Part shown: positions 1-13,560 of the stretch, one piece after another
Layout: the number at the start of each line of letters is the position of its first letter
Numbering within the stretch: the stretch's first letter is position 1
Assembly (NCBI GenBank): GCA_964106915.2
Contig: OZ066917.1
DNA from: Podarcis gaigeae
Taxonomy: Eukaryota
DNA: 64,000 bases
Direction: 5' to 3' (one strand)
Program-made: the position numbers and the translations under genes
Notes under the pieces: model-generated
Databases searched by the model: none
Seen by the model: only the letters and a program-made list of their open reading frames with translations
Told to the model about the DNA's origin: nothing

Positions 1-1425
1 GAATATAAGTAAGAATTAGGACAACATTATGATTTGTTCAGTTGCTATGTTCACCTAAATGTCTCACTTTTAAGTTTCTTGAGTCTCTTTAGAGAGTTGT
101 CCTACTTTGAAATGTAATTATTTGGTGTTCTATTATATGTATTTGTAGGGATTTATATTTTGTATGGTAAAAAAAGTGTTTATTTTTAACAAGTGATAAT
201 AACCAGAGGTGTAACAGAAGCTAGAGAGGGTTTATAGATCTAGAAATTTGGAAAGAATTTGTTTATTTGTGAGTTTTCAAAACTGGAAGTTAGCAAGGAA
301 CAGTCATATAGATCCATGAATCCACCTCATGGGTCTCCTCACACTTTATGAATTTTTTCCTTAGAAAACATTTCCCAAGTAGATGGAAACTAGCAACCTT
401 TATGTATCTCACATTTATACACATAGATTATTTCATTTTGTGTATATGAGATGTCACACACTGAGAACCCATAGTCTATTGCAGTCTCCACAGACAGGAA
501 GGACGCAGTGAAGCAGGTACATAGACATGTACAATATAGGATCATCTAAACATGGGTTCCATTCTTCTTAAAATGCACAATCTATGGTTGTGATCTGTAT
601 GATTCTTTTCTAAATTATGACCATGAAAGTACAAGTATCTTTATTCAATGTTGTTCCATTTACTAATTTATCACTGTCTACATCCATGAACAAAGAATGA
701 AAATATCAGTTTCTTCCCATAATAGTAAGTCTTCTTATCCAGAGGCAGCTCAGGTTTTTCTGGAATTGAAGGTAGTGCAGTAAGAGATAATGACTACCTA
801 TAACTGACTGCACTGCAGTTAAACAGTTCAGATTCTTGGGCACTTTAAAACTACCCTTAACATTTCACTCCATGGACTGCTCTGCAGTTCTTAAATTTCT
901 TCCTTATACCTATTCCTCAGTTTCTTGGGCATCACCTCATGATTTAAGGAGTGATTTAGACTGCATCTCTTCTCTGCTTAATAGAAAAGATTCTTGCGCA
1001 ATGGCAGCTGAAATAATTCTATATGAAATAATAATACCATTGACAAAATACAACAAACAGATAAACAGAACATCCATCTCCAAGTGGAAATAAAACTCTA
1101 GCTGCAGACAACAAAGAAACCATTTTGTCCATGAGGTTGTTTTTTCATGTTTTAGGTGGGAAAATTTTAATGTGATAGCTTTTCTTTCAATACTGAGATT
1201 GTAAAACAGGCAGAGTTCTCCAGCTTTCTTTCTTTATCATGCCAGATATCTCCAGGAAAGGTTCTAGATGGAAATCAGAGGTTGTAAATTAACTCAGCAA
1301 CACTACAAAAAAAGGGCAAGATGTTAAAGTTAAGTTGGGCGTTTTTCCTTCCCTTTCCTTGGGCTGAACCACTGCAAATGCAAGATGAATGTGAGATTCA
1401 GCCTACTGTTTGCTTGTGGGTAAGG

Positions 1426-1570
1426 CATAAGAACATAAGATTGGGCCAGTGGCTCTCCCCCCCCCCCCCCCCCGTTCTCACAGTGGCTAGCCAGATGTCT
1501 ATACAGAGTTGCCTGGCTGGACTAACATTCCAGCTGTTAGGTGCAACAGCTCCTACCAGGCTCTAAATGG
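1426..1570 (-). mobile_element. CR1-type LINE/SINE 3' end fragment
   Basis: cataagaacataaga is the reverse of the (TCTTATGT)n CR1-type tail, followed by degenerate CR1 3'UTR-like sequence. Confidence 0.5.
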
Positions 1571-1926
1571 GAATAGTTTTCACTCATCCCTACTCTTGTC
1601 ATCAGAAGTCATCCATGACACAGACACAGCTGGCCACAGCAACACTCAGAATATACCTACATTAAATATTATTGAAGTAAGTGCAAGATAACAACTGTTA
1701 GCACTTGGGAAAGGGAGGGAAAGGAATGCATGAGCATTGGAAGTGCTAGTAGGCAGGAATATCAGATTTTGCCAATGGCAATATTATGCCCTTTTAATAT
1801 CAGAAAAGTCACATTTATCTGTATCACATTTATCCGCATTTCTAGTAACACAAGACAGAGTTGCTTTAGCAAATCCCGCGTAACAAGTGAGCAGCTGTTC
1901 TACATTTTAAGCATTACAGATAAATG

Positions 1927-2231
1927 CAGGGCTGTCTTAAGCATATGCAGAGCCGGGGTGCAAAGATCTGCCTGGGACACATACACCCCCAGGTTGCCCT
2001 GTCCCAGATTCACAGGAGGGCGGGGCTGGCCAGCCGCCTCAGCATTTTGCTGGCTCAGTCGCCTTCGAACTCGCGGCACAGAGCCACCCGCAGCAGAACA
2101 GCCCACTGCGGCACTCCAACCAACGGGCGGGCTCTTCCCCGAACTCAACTCTCGGGCCCCGGACTCTCGGCCTGGCACCCCTGAGAGCCCAGTGCCCTAC
2201 ACCCTTGGTGCCTATGGTCAAGACGGCCCTG
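1927..2231. mobile_element. Non-autonomous hAT element, GC-rich
   Basis: TIRs cagggctgtcttaagcata / tatggtcaagacggccctg; 8-bp TSD gataaatg/gataaagg. Confidence 0.85.
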
Positions 2232-3500
2232 GATAAAGGCTTTGATCCTAAGTTGCTCCCAGTGGAAGAGAGGGCGACATTCTTTTGCTGATTACCAATG
2301 TTTCCCTAGTCCTCAAAAAAATCTACTGTAGGGGTTGAGGATTCCTTTGAGACAATGGTCATGTTGGGTCTGGGGTCTGCCAAAACCACCTACCTCCTTC
2401 CACTGTGGGAGCTTCCGCTGGATTAAATCCCTCCTACAAGGAGCCTTCTATATGGAGAAGGCCAATTTAGGATTGAAGCCTATTATCTGGAAAATGCCTA
2501 AGCTAGTAGTTTTGAAACTCTATCTGGCATTTGTAAGCTTATTAAGGATTCCTTGATGATACAATCACTAAGGACTGACACGTTTCCCTGAAAAAGCAAC
2601 TTGACCACTATCCACCTTAAAGTCCTGGGACAGCCTTGAGTGTATCTAATTTCAATTCATGTGGGAGCAGTGGCAAAGCCTAAAAGAATTAGCAAGCATC
2701 TAAAATGCTCTTGAGAATCCTTTGCATCACAGACAGGTCCCTTGACAGATGAATCAATTTGGAAATCCCTGAAGTTGGGGGATTTTTAAAGCCATTGCAT
2801 TGCCTTAACATAACAATTGTTGCAAGCTTTTCTTTTTTCATTGCTGTGGTATTTTCAGGAATAATCACCCCATTGTGGCTGTATGAAGGATCTAAAATAC
2901 AGCAGCACGGATATTACAACATATAAAATATTGCAACAAGGCTGTGTCAGGAATAGCGGTTTGTCTTTTCAGCTGTGGCTTTTCTCTTTAAATACAGAGT
3001 TGGAGATATAATGCTTGCTCGTTTGTAGTTTAGAAACATGCTTCCTGCTGTCTTGCATAGAAGTCCTGGTGAGCCATCTTGGGACTGGACAGCATTCTCT
3101 TGTGTTGAAAGTTCACTTTGAGTCTGTGAGTTAGTCATACTGAGCATATTGGGGGGAAATGGCAAGAACACTCCATCTACAGAAAGTCAAGTTAACTCAG
3201 CAATTCAATCCACATCCTCTGCAATTGTACAAGAATTGCTTAGCCTAGTATGAGTGACCCTAGGAAGCGTGTGATCCCTATTACAAACAAGAAGGAAAAG
3301 TTGGATTGACCTCTTCTATTTCATCAAAGCAACAAGAACTAGAATGGCTCAGGTACAATGGAAGTCTCTATTATGAGTTTTGTACAGAACTCAACAACTT
3401 CAGGAAGTTCTGGAGTAATCAGTAGCAGCTGTAGTGCCGGGAGTGGCAGTAACAATATTTAAAGTTACCTCTGTTAACCTCTGAAATTGGGGGTTCTCAT

Positions 3501-3521
3501 TGTGTGTGTGTGTGTGTGTGT
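3501..3521. repeat. (TG)n microsatellite
   Basis: Direct reading. Confidence 0.95.
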
Positions 3522-5345
3522 TTGTATTTAATATTTTATATGTTGTATACCACAAAAGGATAAAATAGGAAAATGGAAAGGTAAAGAAAAAACAGCAAAC
3601 CCATTAACAGAATCCAAAACAGAATTAATGTAACATCAGATTTCGCATTCAACAGGGATTCAGACAAGGCAACAGAAGCAGCAAGCAAAACTGTAAGTGG
3701 AAGTTACAGGTTGCAATACAATATTAAAACCAATGTTACAATCAGAAGGCAATTGCATAGAATTGACAACCAGAATAGGGTGGGTTCTATAATTATACAT
3801 ATCTCAAGTGTCAAAGTCCTTAGTGAATAGGTGTGTTTTTTGTTTCATGTGTAACAAAAGCATAACACTTAAGTTTTATGAGAGCAGTTTGGGTGTAGTG
3901 TAGTGTAGAAGCAATGGAAGGTGGGGTGGCTCCCTCAACCTCCCCACCCCCACTACTTTTCCTAAGTAATCCATATACATATTTTGAGATAAAAACACAT
4001 CTGAAACTCTAGAGAAAAAAAGGTATTTGGATAAAAACTGGATTGGAGGAGCAGTGGGCTAGTGAGGTTAAGGTCAACATTTCTCCTTCATGTGTTCCTC
4101 CATGCATTCCCCAAAGCTGTTTTTCCCTAGGAAGAACATGTAGTTGTAGGTAACATGTAATTAGGCCTTTACAAAGAATATTAAATTGTTCTCTATCTCT
4201 AGCTTTGCAGATACCAGTAAAAATGGAGTAATATACTACCAAAACACCTGAGGAATAACTTCTTGCAATGAGAGACTGTAGAATGTGCTACAATATTAAG
4301 TTTATTAAATGTTCTGGATACATCATTAACATTAATAATTATAACTCTGGATAAATAGCAATCCCTCTGAAAGTCAAATTACACACTAAGTGAGAATATA
4401 ATTGCCTTTAGACATTAAAATTCTCAATATGCATTGAACATTTTCCTGCAGCTGACATAACGAGGGGGGGGGGAATCTACTCCTACTATGCCTTTGCATA
4501 ATATTTTTCTAACACACAATTATATTCCTGCTATTACTCTCCCTACTTAGGATACAAATCTTAAAATATTCTCAATTAATCTTATGATGATATTTCTTAG
4601 ACATCCTTGACACTGTTCACCAATGTCTTCTCTCTATTTTGTATATCTGGTCATAGAGGGACTTGCAAATTTTTACATTCTTTTGTGCAAAAGGTCAACT
4701 GCATAATTATAAGAGCTGCCAAACTAGATTATTTACCTTATCAGTATAAGACTCAGTAGTCTCTTTACATAACTTTTTATCTATTTATTTGAAAGCTTTA
4801 TATCCCTTTGTCCTCCAAGGACCTATTTTCTACTCAGCAAGACACAGCATGCTCTTTCTGTCCATGATCCTTAAACCAAACTAATACATAGGCACTGAGT
4901 TGTTTTGTTTCCTTCCCATTGTGCAAGGAGAAAGAGAATAATTTTCTAGTATGTTTTAAAGTTCCTTCCATGAACCCTTTACTACTGGTTGCCTGGCCTT
5001 ACTGAGGAATTTCCACTTGCAGGTAGTTAACTGTAGCACTGCACTACACATGCTCGATGGTTGTTGCTCCATGGTGCAGTCTGACAAGAGCCATCTCTTT
5101 TCTCTTCAGAAAAAAGAAAACCAGCTTCTAGCTACCTATGTTAAATAGATAGCAACACAGATTTACAATAGGATTGGCTTGTTCTCAAGAAAAGCAAAGA
5201 TGAAGCAATTTCCATTAATTGAGAGGAATGAAGAGCTCAGAAAGTGCTGATTAGCTTCAATGTAAAAGGAGCTGGTGGGAGATGTAGTCCAACAGAGGAA
5301 ACCAGTTGAGGAAAGCTGGTTTATAGTAACAAAAAAACAACAACG

Positions 5346-5491
5346 CAGTGGCGTAGCGTGGGTTGTCAGCACCCGGGGCAAGGCAAGTAATTTGCGCCCC
5401 CTAACCCGTGGATTTGCGCCCCCTAACCCTAACCCCCAGATGTTGCGCCCGGTGCGGCCGCCCCCCCTGCACCCCCCATGCTACACCACTG
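5346..5491. mobile_element. 146-bp hAT MITE
   Basis: TIR cagtggcgtagcgtggg / cccatgctacaccactg; perfect 8-bp TSD CAACAACG at 5338-5345 and 5492-5499. Confidence 0.92.
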
Positions 5492-7429
5492 CAACAACGT
5501 TATCCCCCAACATCAGACAAGGATGTTCTCCTTTCTTCTAGAGTAGCCACTGGTTGCTTGATAACATTCATACTTCTTATAGCCATTTGCAAGAGATCAT
5601 CTGTTGAGATGGCTGGAAAGTGTGGCTCTTACTAGTTAACCAAAACTGTTATGGGTTTTTGTTCTATTTCTATATGTAAGTAGGATCTGATGCTTTGGAG
5701 GAGGCTTGTACAAGGTCAAAATGTTAGGCAGAATGACAAATACCTCCATTACAACAATTTTTCATGTCTTCCAGTACATTAAAAAAAAACAAAAAACCTG
5801 CAGCTGCATATCACTTCCCTCCCGAGATGCTATTGTTATTTTGGTCTCCTGTTGAGTACGAGTTCATATGTCTTCCTCCTACACTATGTAAGTCCATATA
5901 TCTTCCTACTACACATCCGTCAATATTCATATCACATACTGTTGCTCACTCACTTCAGTCGGTTAGGTCTCTGTGAGCATAATCCTTTCTTGATTTAGCT
6001 AACTTGAAGCAAATTGTGTGTCATATCTGACAACAGCTTTTCCCAGATCATCAAAGTATTTCAGCACCAAAAGCCCGATTTATTTCAGTAGGACCTGAAA
6101 TAGAAGAAATGTGCTTTGAGGGCAAAACTCCCCTCCTCCCACTCTCTCCCCCACCAGGGTCTATTAATAAACCCTGAGAGTTATTCCACGGTTAACCTTT
6201 TGCCATGGTGAAAATTGGCCAATTTATTCTTATTCTTGGTTTCCTGACCCTGTAGCCAGTTTTTGCTAACATAAGAAATGTTTCGCCACTAAAAGCATAC
6301 AAATTATTTGTAATCACTTCTTGTGATCAACTGTACGACAAACTCTCTGAATGCCTACATAATTGACACCAACTAATAATCCTTTATATTTGGTGCTTTA
6401 CTGCAAAATTCAAGCATTTCATTGGTCTAAATACCCCATTTCCCCCATAGAGAGTTGAAATTGCTTGGCTCTTTTCATATGCTATGACAAAAATCTCATC
6501 TGCATTCTCTGCTGTTATTTCTTCCTCATGTCAGCAAGCTACATCTTCATCTATTATATAGATTTTTTATTTCTCAAGATCCTTGATTATATATGAAATG
6601 CCGTGTCAACCTTTTTCTCTTGCCTTTTTTGACACTTCTTTTCAAATATAAGCTACAGTCTGAATCTGAGATATATAACATGTGTTGACTATATTAAACA
6701 TCATTCATCCCATTTAAAGGATGTTAAATTTCTTTTGATAGATGGGGGGGGGGGTTTCCCAAGTAAAAACAGTTCCCGAAGGTCAACGGTTTAACCCTTC
6801 TTCAGTAAATCACTTTGGTTCCAGGCAAGTTTAACATACATTGGATCTAGAAAACTATACCACATTCCAAATTCTCATGCCATTTAGAACTATAGGCAGG
6901 GTTAATAATAACAACTATACTGCAGGTTAAAATAATAACTCTACCTGTTGGAATAATAGATAAAGATGTCCAGCTAGCTGTAATGCACATTAAATGAGGA
7001 CAGGAAAACTGTATTAATAACTCTGGAGAAGTTGTAAATGGCTACTTTAGGTTATGGCTCATGCTGTGATATTTTGAGGCAACTGGAAATCCGAGGAGTC
7101 AATTTAAGCATTCTTCAATAAAGTATATATCTGTGTATGGGATAGCAATATTGCCATATATAGTTGCCTGCCCTTCCACTTTCATTACTGTGGTGAAAAT
7201 TGATACATATATTCATATTCCTAGTTACCTATTCATTTTCCACCTAACCAGCATTTCAGCTCTAAAGTATATACACAGTATTAATTAACTCTTGTGATGG
7301 ACTTTAAAGAAAAATAATTAAAACTGTAAATATTTTACACCAACTAGTACTCCATTTTCAAAAGAAAGAATTCAGTTCATTATATTTTGTGGAAATAGAA
7401 GGACATGGGAATAAGGTTTTGCTGATCTC

Positions 7430-7712
7430 CAGTGTTGTCCCAATGACAGAAGTTTATTTGACCTAGTGCAGAATAGCACGGAAGGAATGAGATTTTTGCA
7501 TATTCAACCTTCAACCTTCCCTGAATCCCCCAGTATTCCCCAAAACAGCCCCCAGAGGGTTGGGGGACCCTTCAGAACATTGTAGGAAGTTGTCAGGAGC
7601 TGCAGGGGGAAAGGCAAATCAGCTGAAATAGCTTACCTTCCTATTCCACTGATGGGTCCATCTACTGGATCAAAGAACCTTCCTCGGCTGATGGACAGCA
7701 CTGGACACAACT
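7430..7712. mobile_element. Degenerate palindromic MITE (Harbinger-like); relatives at about 25540-25741, 30852-31062, 41780-42102 and 58200-58415
   Basis: Shared core ccccaaa(tctg)ctccagagggtt...ccc.tcagaaca and ggat(a/g)caaccc-type ends. Confidence 0.45.
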
Positions 7713-7891
7713 TTTTGTTGTTTTCCCCTCAATGTACCTTTGGGCAAACATGCTACATTGCATTAACAGACTCTTTCAAATTCCAGGGAATAGAATTTAA
7801 ACTTTAGCTTGAAGTCACAACTGTAACCAAATTTGGGGGAGTTATGCAAGTGCAAAAAGAGGTCTTAGTTGTACAGGAAGAACATTGAAAG

Positions 7892-8493
7892 TTTATTTTA
7901 TTAGATTTTATTAAATTTATATACCGTCCTTCATCTCAAGATCTCAGGGCAGTTCACAGAATAAAATACAAGGTAAAAACACAAGTAAATAATTAAAACA
8001 AAAACAACTAAATAATAACAGTCCCAATTATAAGGCTGTAGGATTACTAATTAGCCAAAAAGCTGGTTGAAGAGGAAAGTTTTTGCCAGGTGCCTAAAAA
8101 TATATAATGAAGGAGCCAGGCGAACCTCCCTGGGGAAAGCATTACACAAATAGGGAGCCACTACAGAGAAAGCCCATTCTCGTGTTGCCACTCTCAAGGA
8201 GAGTGGAGGAGGCACATGAGAAGGGCCTCAGACAATGATTAAAGGGTACGGGTCGGTTTATATGGAGAGAGGCGGTCCTTGAGGTATTGTGGTCCTGAGC
8301 CCTTTAAATTGGGCCTGGAAGCTAATTGGCAGCCATTGCAATTGGCAGGGATCAGTTTAATATACTCAAATGCCCTGCAATTGGGCAGGGATCAGTTTAA
8401 TATACTCAAATCGTCAACAAACTGGTTGCCGAATTCTGCACCAGCTGAAGTTTCTGAACCATCTTCAGAGGCAGCCCTACATATAATGTGTTG
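7892..8493 (-). mobile_element. L2-clade LINE 3' fragment
   Basis: TTTA-rich reversed tail plus gagaggcggtcc, gcagccc and ttctgcacc motifs shared with the L2 copy at 52601-53518. Confidence 0.8.
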
Positions 8494-8537
8494 AGAATAA
8501 CGCCCTTTCTTTACGATCAGCCTGCCATATAACAATA

Positions 8538-8762
8538 CAGTGGTACCTCAGGTTAAGTACTTAATTCATTCTGGAGGTCCGTTCTTAACCTGAAGCACCA
8601 CTTTAGCTAATGGGACCTCCTGCTGCCGCTGCACCACCGAAGCACGATTTCTGTTCTCATCCTGAAGCAAAGTACTTAACCTGAAGCACTATTTCTGGGT
8701 TAGCGGAGTCTGTAACCTGAAGCGTATGTAACCTGAAGTGTATGTAACCCGAGGTACCACTG
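8538..8762. mobile_element. Tigger/pogo-like (Tc1/mariner) MITE
   Basis: TIR cagtggtacctc(a/g)ggtta, TA on both sides, internal taacctgaag repeats. Confidence 0.92.
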
Positions 8763-11700
8763 TATACAGCTTTCCTATTTCCAACATTACAACCTGTGAA
8801 CAGCTTCAAAACACATGAAATTAAGGCAAAAGGAGCATGTAAGAAGGTGTTCTTTGCCTCTGGTGAGAATAGGACAAGCTGCTTAAATTGCAGAGATGTT
8901 GAGTTCATATCAGACCTTGTGAGCAGAGAAGGACCTTTCACTATCAGGCCAATATAGCAATGGAATAGGGTGGTTATGGAATCTGTGCCCTCAGAAGACT
9001 AAAAGCTAAGGGTGGCAACATCCCATGATATGTTCATAGCCTGTTTCATAACTGAGTGATGCTATGAAACCATATTATGCTATGATAATATGAAACTCAT
9101 ATTTGAAACCGCATGATGGGTTCATATAATGAAGTAGTAATTTTCATATTATCATTTTATGGCACATATGTTCCCCTCTTCATAGAAGAGTATTTCTTCC
9201 ATTGTGAAGTACTCCAATCCTGATTGCTGACACATGATGGAAACTTCAGACTCCTACATGATCATCGTGATGGTTATGTGGAAAATCATGGTTGCGTAAA
9301 TCCAGTCTTCATGTGATCTAAGAAGAAATGTATATAAAGCATAGCATAGGCTACGCTTTGCAGGTAGCATTAAAAGGCAGTTTTGGAAATGTCTCCTGGC
9401 TCTCATTTGATGCTATCATTCTGAGGAGGAAGGGCCTGCTAAAATGTCTAGAAGCTAATTTCTTTTTTCTGTGCTGTAAGAGAATAGCTCTCTTAATGCA
9501 ACAATAAGGAACCAATTCTTATCTGCCAAGCATTGGAGAGCATGAACTTGACTTCTTTGACACATTCTCTTCGGTAATATATATGTACAAATTGGGTTGG
9601 GGTTTAACCACAGGAGTTTATGCTCTCTGATAGCCTCTGTGTGAATTGATGTGTCGAGCTGCTTCTTACAAAAACTTGGCATCCTTGTTTAATTTGGCTG
9701 TGTCCAAGTAAATCGGCAGTTGATTCTTCCCCCAGAGAGGGAATTACTTTGGGGCTCAAAATGTGTTATTTTCAACCTTTAGAATCCAAGATAAACTTTG
9801 AATTTGTCTTTGTCTTTGGACATGTACTTAGGTGCATCACAATGTGAATCTGTGCAAGTGTTGCAGTACTACAGTACCTGTAGTGAAGTTCTATTGTGAT
9901 TTAGCATGCACCAGAGATGTGAAAGTAGATAAGTTTTCAAGGCTGAGAAACGTGAGGGATTGAGGATTACAGAAGAGCTCTCAGAGTGTTCAGAGTTGAG
10001 TGGTTTATTTATTTATTTGATTTTCTGCTTTTGCTTTTTTTTAAAAAAAGTGAAACCAATTATTATTGCAACCAAGAGGGGAAATCATTATGTAAACATA
10101 GATGCTATTAGTTTGATGTATTATAAAACTGACATTAGTCTTCTTCAGGGTACGTGTGCACAGGTTTTAGCTCTTATTCTCATTGCCCTTCAGGAGTTGG
10201 AGGGGGACTGTCCGAAGCCAGGTGATAGCTGATGTCAGTCATATTCATAATAGGTCCACTGAAATCAGTGGGTGTATTTTGAGAATGTTTGAGTTTGATA
10301 GCACCCATAGAAGGTTCCCACAAATGTTAGAACCCCCGTAAAATCAGAGGACAACAGGCAAGAGCATGCTTGACTTTGGAGCACCTCCATGTTTCCACTT
10401 AACTCTGAATTTGAACATCTGAAGAGGGCTTTTGTAGTAATTACTGGTATGCTGGAGATCTGTTTCAGCAGAGTTCTTTAGCACAGCACAGTGATTGTTC
10501 CTGAGATGTTCCCATTCCATGCTCTTTAAAATTTTAGCCTGTCTCTTAGTGACGATGGGTCATCGCCTGAGAATTTTGTACTAAAGTAGGTTCCTGATAT
10601 ATGATTGCTACTACTTTAAAACATACCTGTTCACCCAGGTTTCTACTAGGGACTGATCTGAAGTGTGAATTGCAAACTAGTTTTTGTGAATCTGCTGTTT
10701 TACCACATTATTGTTGTATTTTTTATTTTATTGTTTTTAATATTTAAGTCTGTGTTCTGTAACCTGCCCTGGTTTATGAAAAGTAATGCTGGACAGAATA
10801 TAGATTCAAGTTATAAATAAAATTAATCGTCACCCCCGGATTGGATGATGAAAACATGCTCCTCACCTTGCCTGTGAATTAATGCTCTAGCTGTGGCTTT
10901 GTTGCTAGAAACACTGAGTGGGTGGTCAAGACCAAAAGATTACCAGGGTGGGTGGAACTGGATCAGTAATAAGAGGGGCATGGATGTCTGAAGTACATGG
11001 GCAGGCTTAGAAAGCTCTTCTGTAGAGACAAAAAAAAGAAGGTTATGCTAGGCAAGAGGAAGAGGAGATGAGGCAGCCAATTATCCACCTTTTCACAGAG
11101 ATCTCCCTTGCTATTGAATCAATTCATAGCTGCTGTTAGAGAAGCAAGAAAGAAGACAAATGGTGATATAGGGAAAACACTTGCACAGATGCTGTGTATA
11201 ACTCCTGGAGACAAAGGACTGACGATAAATACTCTTTTCTTACAGTGCCTGTCACATACAGTTTCAGTCTTCAGGCTGCAATCCTGTGCACACTTACCTG
11301 AGAGGAAATATCATTGCACAAGTCTGACTGATTTTTAATTAGGCTATAAATTTAGTTTGAAAACTGATTGACAGAACTGTAGCAACCAAAGATCCCTGAT
11401 ACTGAATGGTGGAATCCAGCAACAGGGAACTGGCAGGGAGTCAATCCAGAAGTACTGCAGCTAATGTTTTGTGTAGAGAAGGCGAAACCTGAGTCTGTCT
11501 TTGTATGTACAGCTAAAGACATGGCAATATGGACTGGTGATAGATGACAAAGAGGCCTAGGGTAGGGGGAAAGAATAAAGGGTGGGGGGGGATCCAATCT
11601 GAATAAACCCCACCCATCCCTATTGGTACCAATATAGTTGCACCAAAAGGCTGGGTGTGGTCCAGATTTCAGCTGGTGAGAGAACAGATGAACTTCCACT

Positions 11701-11958
11701 CCTTATGCAATGTATTCGCCATGTAACTAACTAAAGAAAAAAGTAAAGAAAAATTAAAAACGTAGCTGGACATTGTGGGTATAGCTTAACATTGAGATAG
11801 TGGTTTTTAAACATGTCATACTTTATATTATAAAGAAGACTGAAGCTAAAAATGAATGTCTGTGTGGTTCATAAAAATCATATGAACCAGGGATCAGCTG
11901 ACATTAGTGGGAACACAGAGCTGTCATTGCAACTTAAAATGAACTGTTGGAGGGCAAT

Positions 11959-12125
11959 TTTCAGAGGGGCAGCCAGTGTTAAACTGCTGCAGCAAAAACA
12001 ACAGGGAGCCTTGTAGCACCTTAAAGACTAAGAAATGTAGTATAGCGTAAACATTTGTGGCCCAGACTCCACAAAAGTTTATGTCATAATAAATTTGCCG
12101 TTCTAAGGTGCCACAAGGCTCTTGA
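11959..12125. mobile_element. Penelope-like terminal-repeat fold-back remnant
   Basis: Inverted arms gagccttgtagcaccttaaagactaa...gtgg / ccac...taaggtgccacaaggctc, resembling recalled reptile Penelope (Poseidon) termini. Related single arms at about 14350-14395 and 35703-35810. Confidence 0.65.
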
Positions 12126-12388
12126 TTTATCTTGTTGGGTGACAAGATTTGTACATGAGAATCAAGTTGATGAAACTTTGACATTCAGAAGCTAATTTTT
12201 AAAGGCGAGTTCCTAGCATAGAACCACACACATTTGCCTCTTCAAGTATGGTACCTGTGTCTCTTAAGATGGATTTAGATACAGAGGGGTGAGTCTAAAG
12301 CATCCATTAGTTCAGTGGAAGGAGATTTTGTTGGAGGAAGTCTCCGACTGGAGAAAAGGAACCTTTGGATCCACCTCAGATTATGTTA

Positions 12389-12520
12389 NNNNNNNNNNNN
12401 NNNNNNNNNNNNNNNNNNNNNNNNNNNNNNNNNNNNNNNNNNNNNNNNNNNNNNNNNNNNNNNNNNNNNNNNNNNNNNNNNNNNNNNNNNNNNNNNNNNN
12501 NNNNNNNNNNNNNNNNNNNN
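12389..12520. other. Assembly gap (132 N)
   Basis: Run of N. Confidence 1.
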
Positions 12521-13334
12521 GTGTGTTTTATCTGATAAGTAGGGCACTGATCGCAAAACTCTTTATCTAGGTCACTGTCAGGGATCATTTAGGAAACTGG
12601 TATCAGTATTTTAATGGTCCATTGATTGCTTTGACTAATTTTGCACTTTAATGCGTGCAGAGATTGGCACAACAAGCTGCATGCCAGGATAAGAATAGCA
12701 GGTTAATGCAAGCTCTCATTAACCGACATGAAACAATCACAGTGAGAAATGGAATATTTCTGATTAGCACAGTGTCAAGTAAATCTGGCTTTCCGTTTTG
12801 GGAACCAAAGAAGAATCGCTACTTAAGAAGACAGTATTTTTCAGTATTTATCTCACAATGGCTTTTGACACGCTTATTTTTACTGGGAGGAAAAGTGCAG
12901 TAACTTCAGTGTCTGGGTGGAAGCTGTTAGTAAATGTTGACATTTTAATGATATCCACTGAATAGGATGTGGAATGTGTGCCTACCGTGAATAAATTTGC
13001 TTGTTGTCTGAGGCAACCATCAGGAAAAGAAGAAAGGTTGTAGGATTTTTGGCAGGTTCCTTGCAGTATTTAAAATAAAATTACTTAGTTTGTGCAGCAG
13101 AGTATTCAAATTTATGGTCTATATTTCATCTTTAACCCCCTGCTTCATCCCTTCATTTCTCCAATCCATAGTTTTTTCAGAAGAAGGAGATCTGTAAACA
13201 GAAAGGTGCTGTCAGAATGATCATAATAGTGTGATGCTGAATTCCTTCCATAGTGAACATACGTGGAGAGCCATAATTCTGGCCATATAATATCTATACT
13301 GGCTTCCAGTTTCTTTCTGTTTTCCATCCAGGGA

Positions 13335-13560
13335 GCTGGTTCTAACCTTTAATACCCTAATGGTTGAGGACCAGTGTACTTGGAGGACTGTCTTCTCCTC
13401 TAGAGACCTTCCCAAGGATTAAGAGGCCCTTCTATGGGTGCCCCCACCAGGGGAAATTAGGCTGCTGGTCAATGCAGAGCGGGCCTTTTCAGTGGTGGTA
13501 TCCCATTTGTGAAATGCTCTTCTGCAGCAAGGAAGACACACACCTCAGAAGGCAAATTAA
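13335..13560 (+). mobile_element. Old L2 LINE fragment
   Basis: Degenerate match to the L2 RT C-terminus (acctttaataccctaatgg ~ TFKAL.G; gggccttttcagtggtgg ~ RAFSVV). Confidence 0.55.

Noticed and set aside
1730-2236. 168-aa ORF and overlapping ORFs
   Set aside because: Overlap a GC-rich hAT element with few stops; no recognisable domain.
12289-12588. ORFs spanning X runs
   Set aside because: Artefacts of the N gap.
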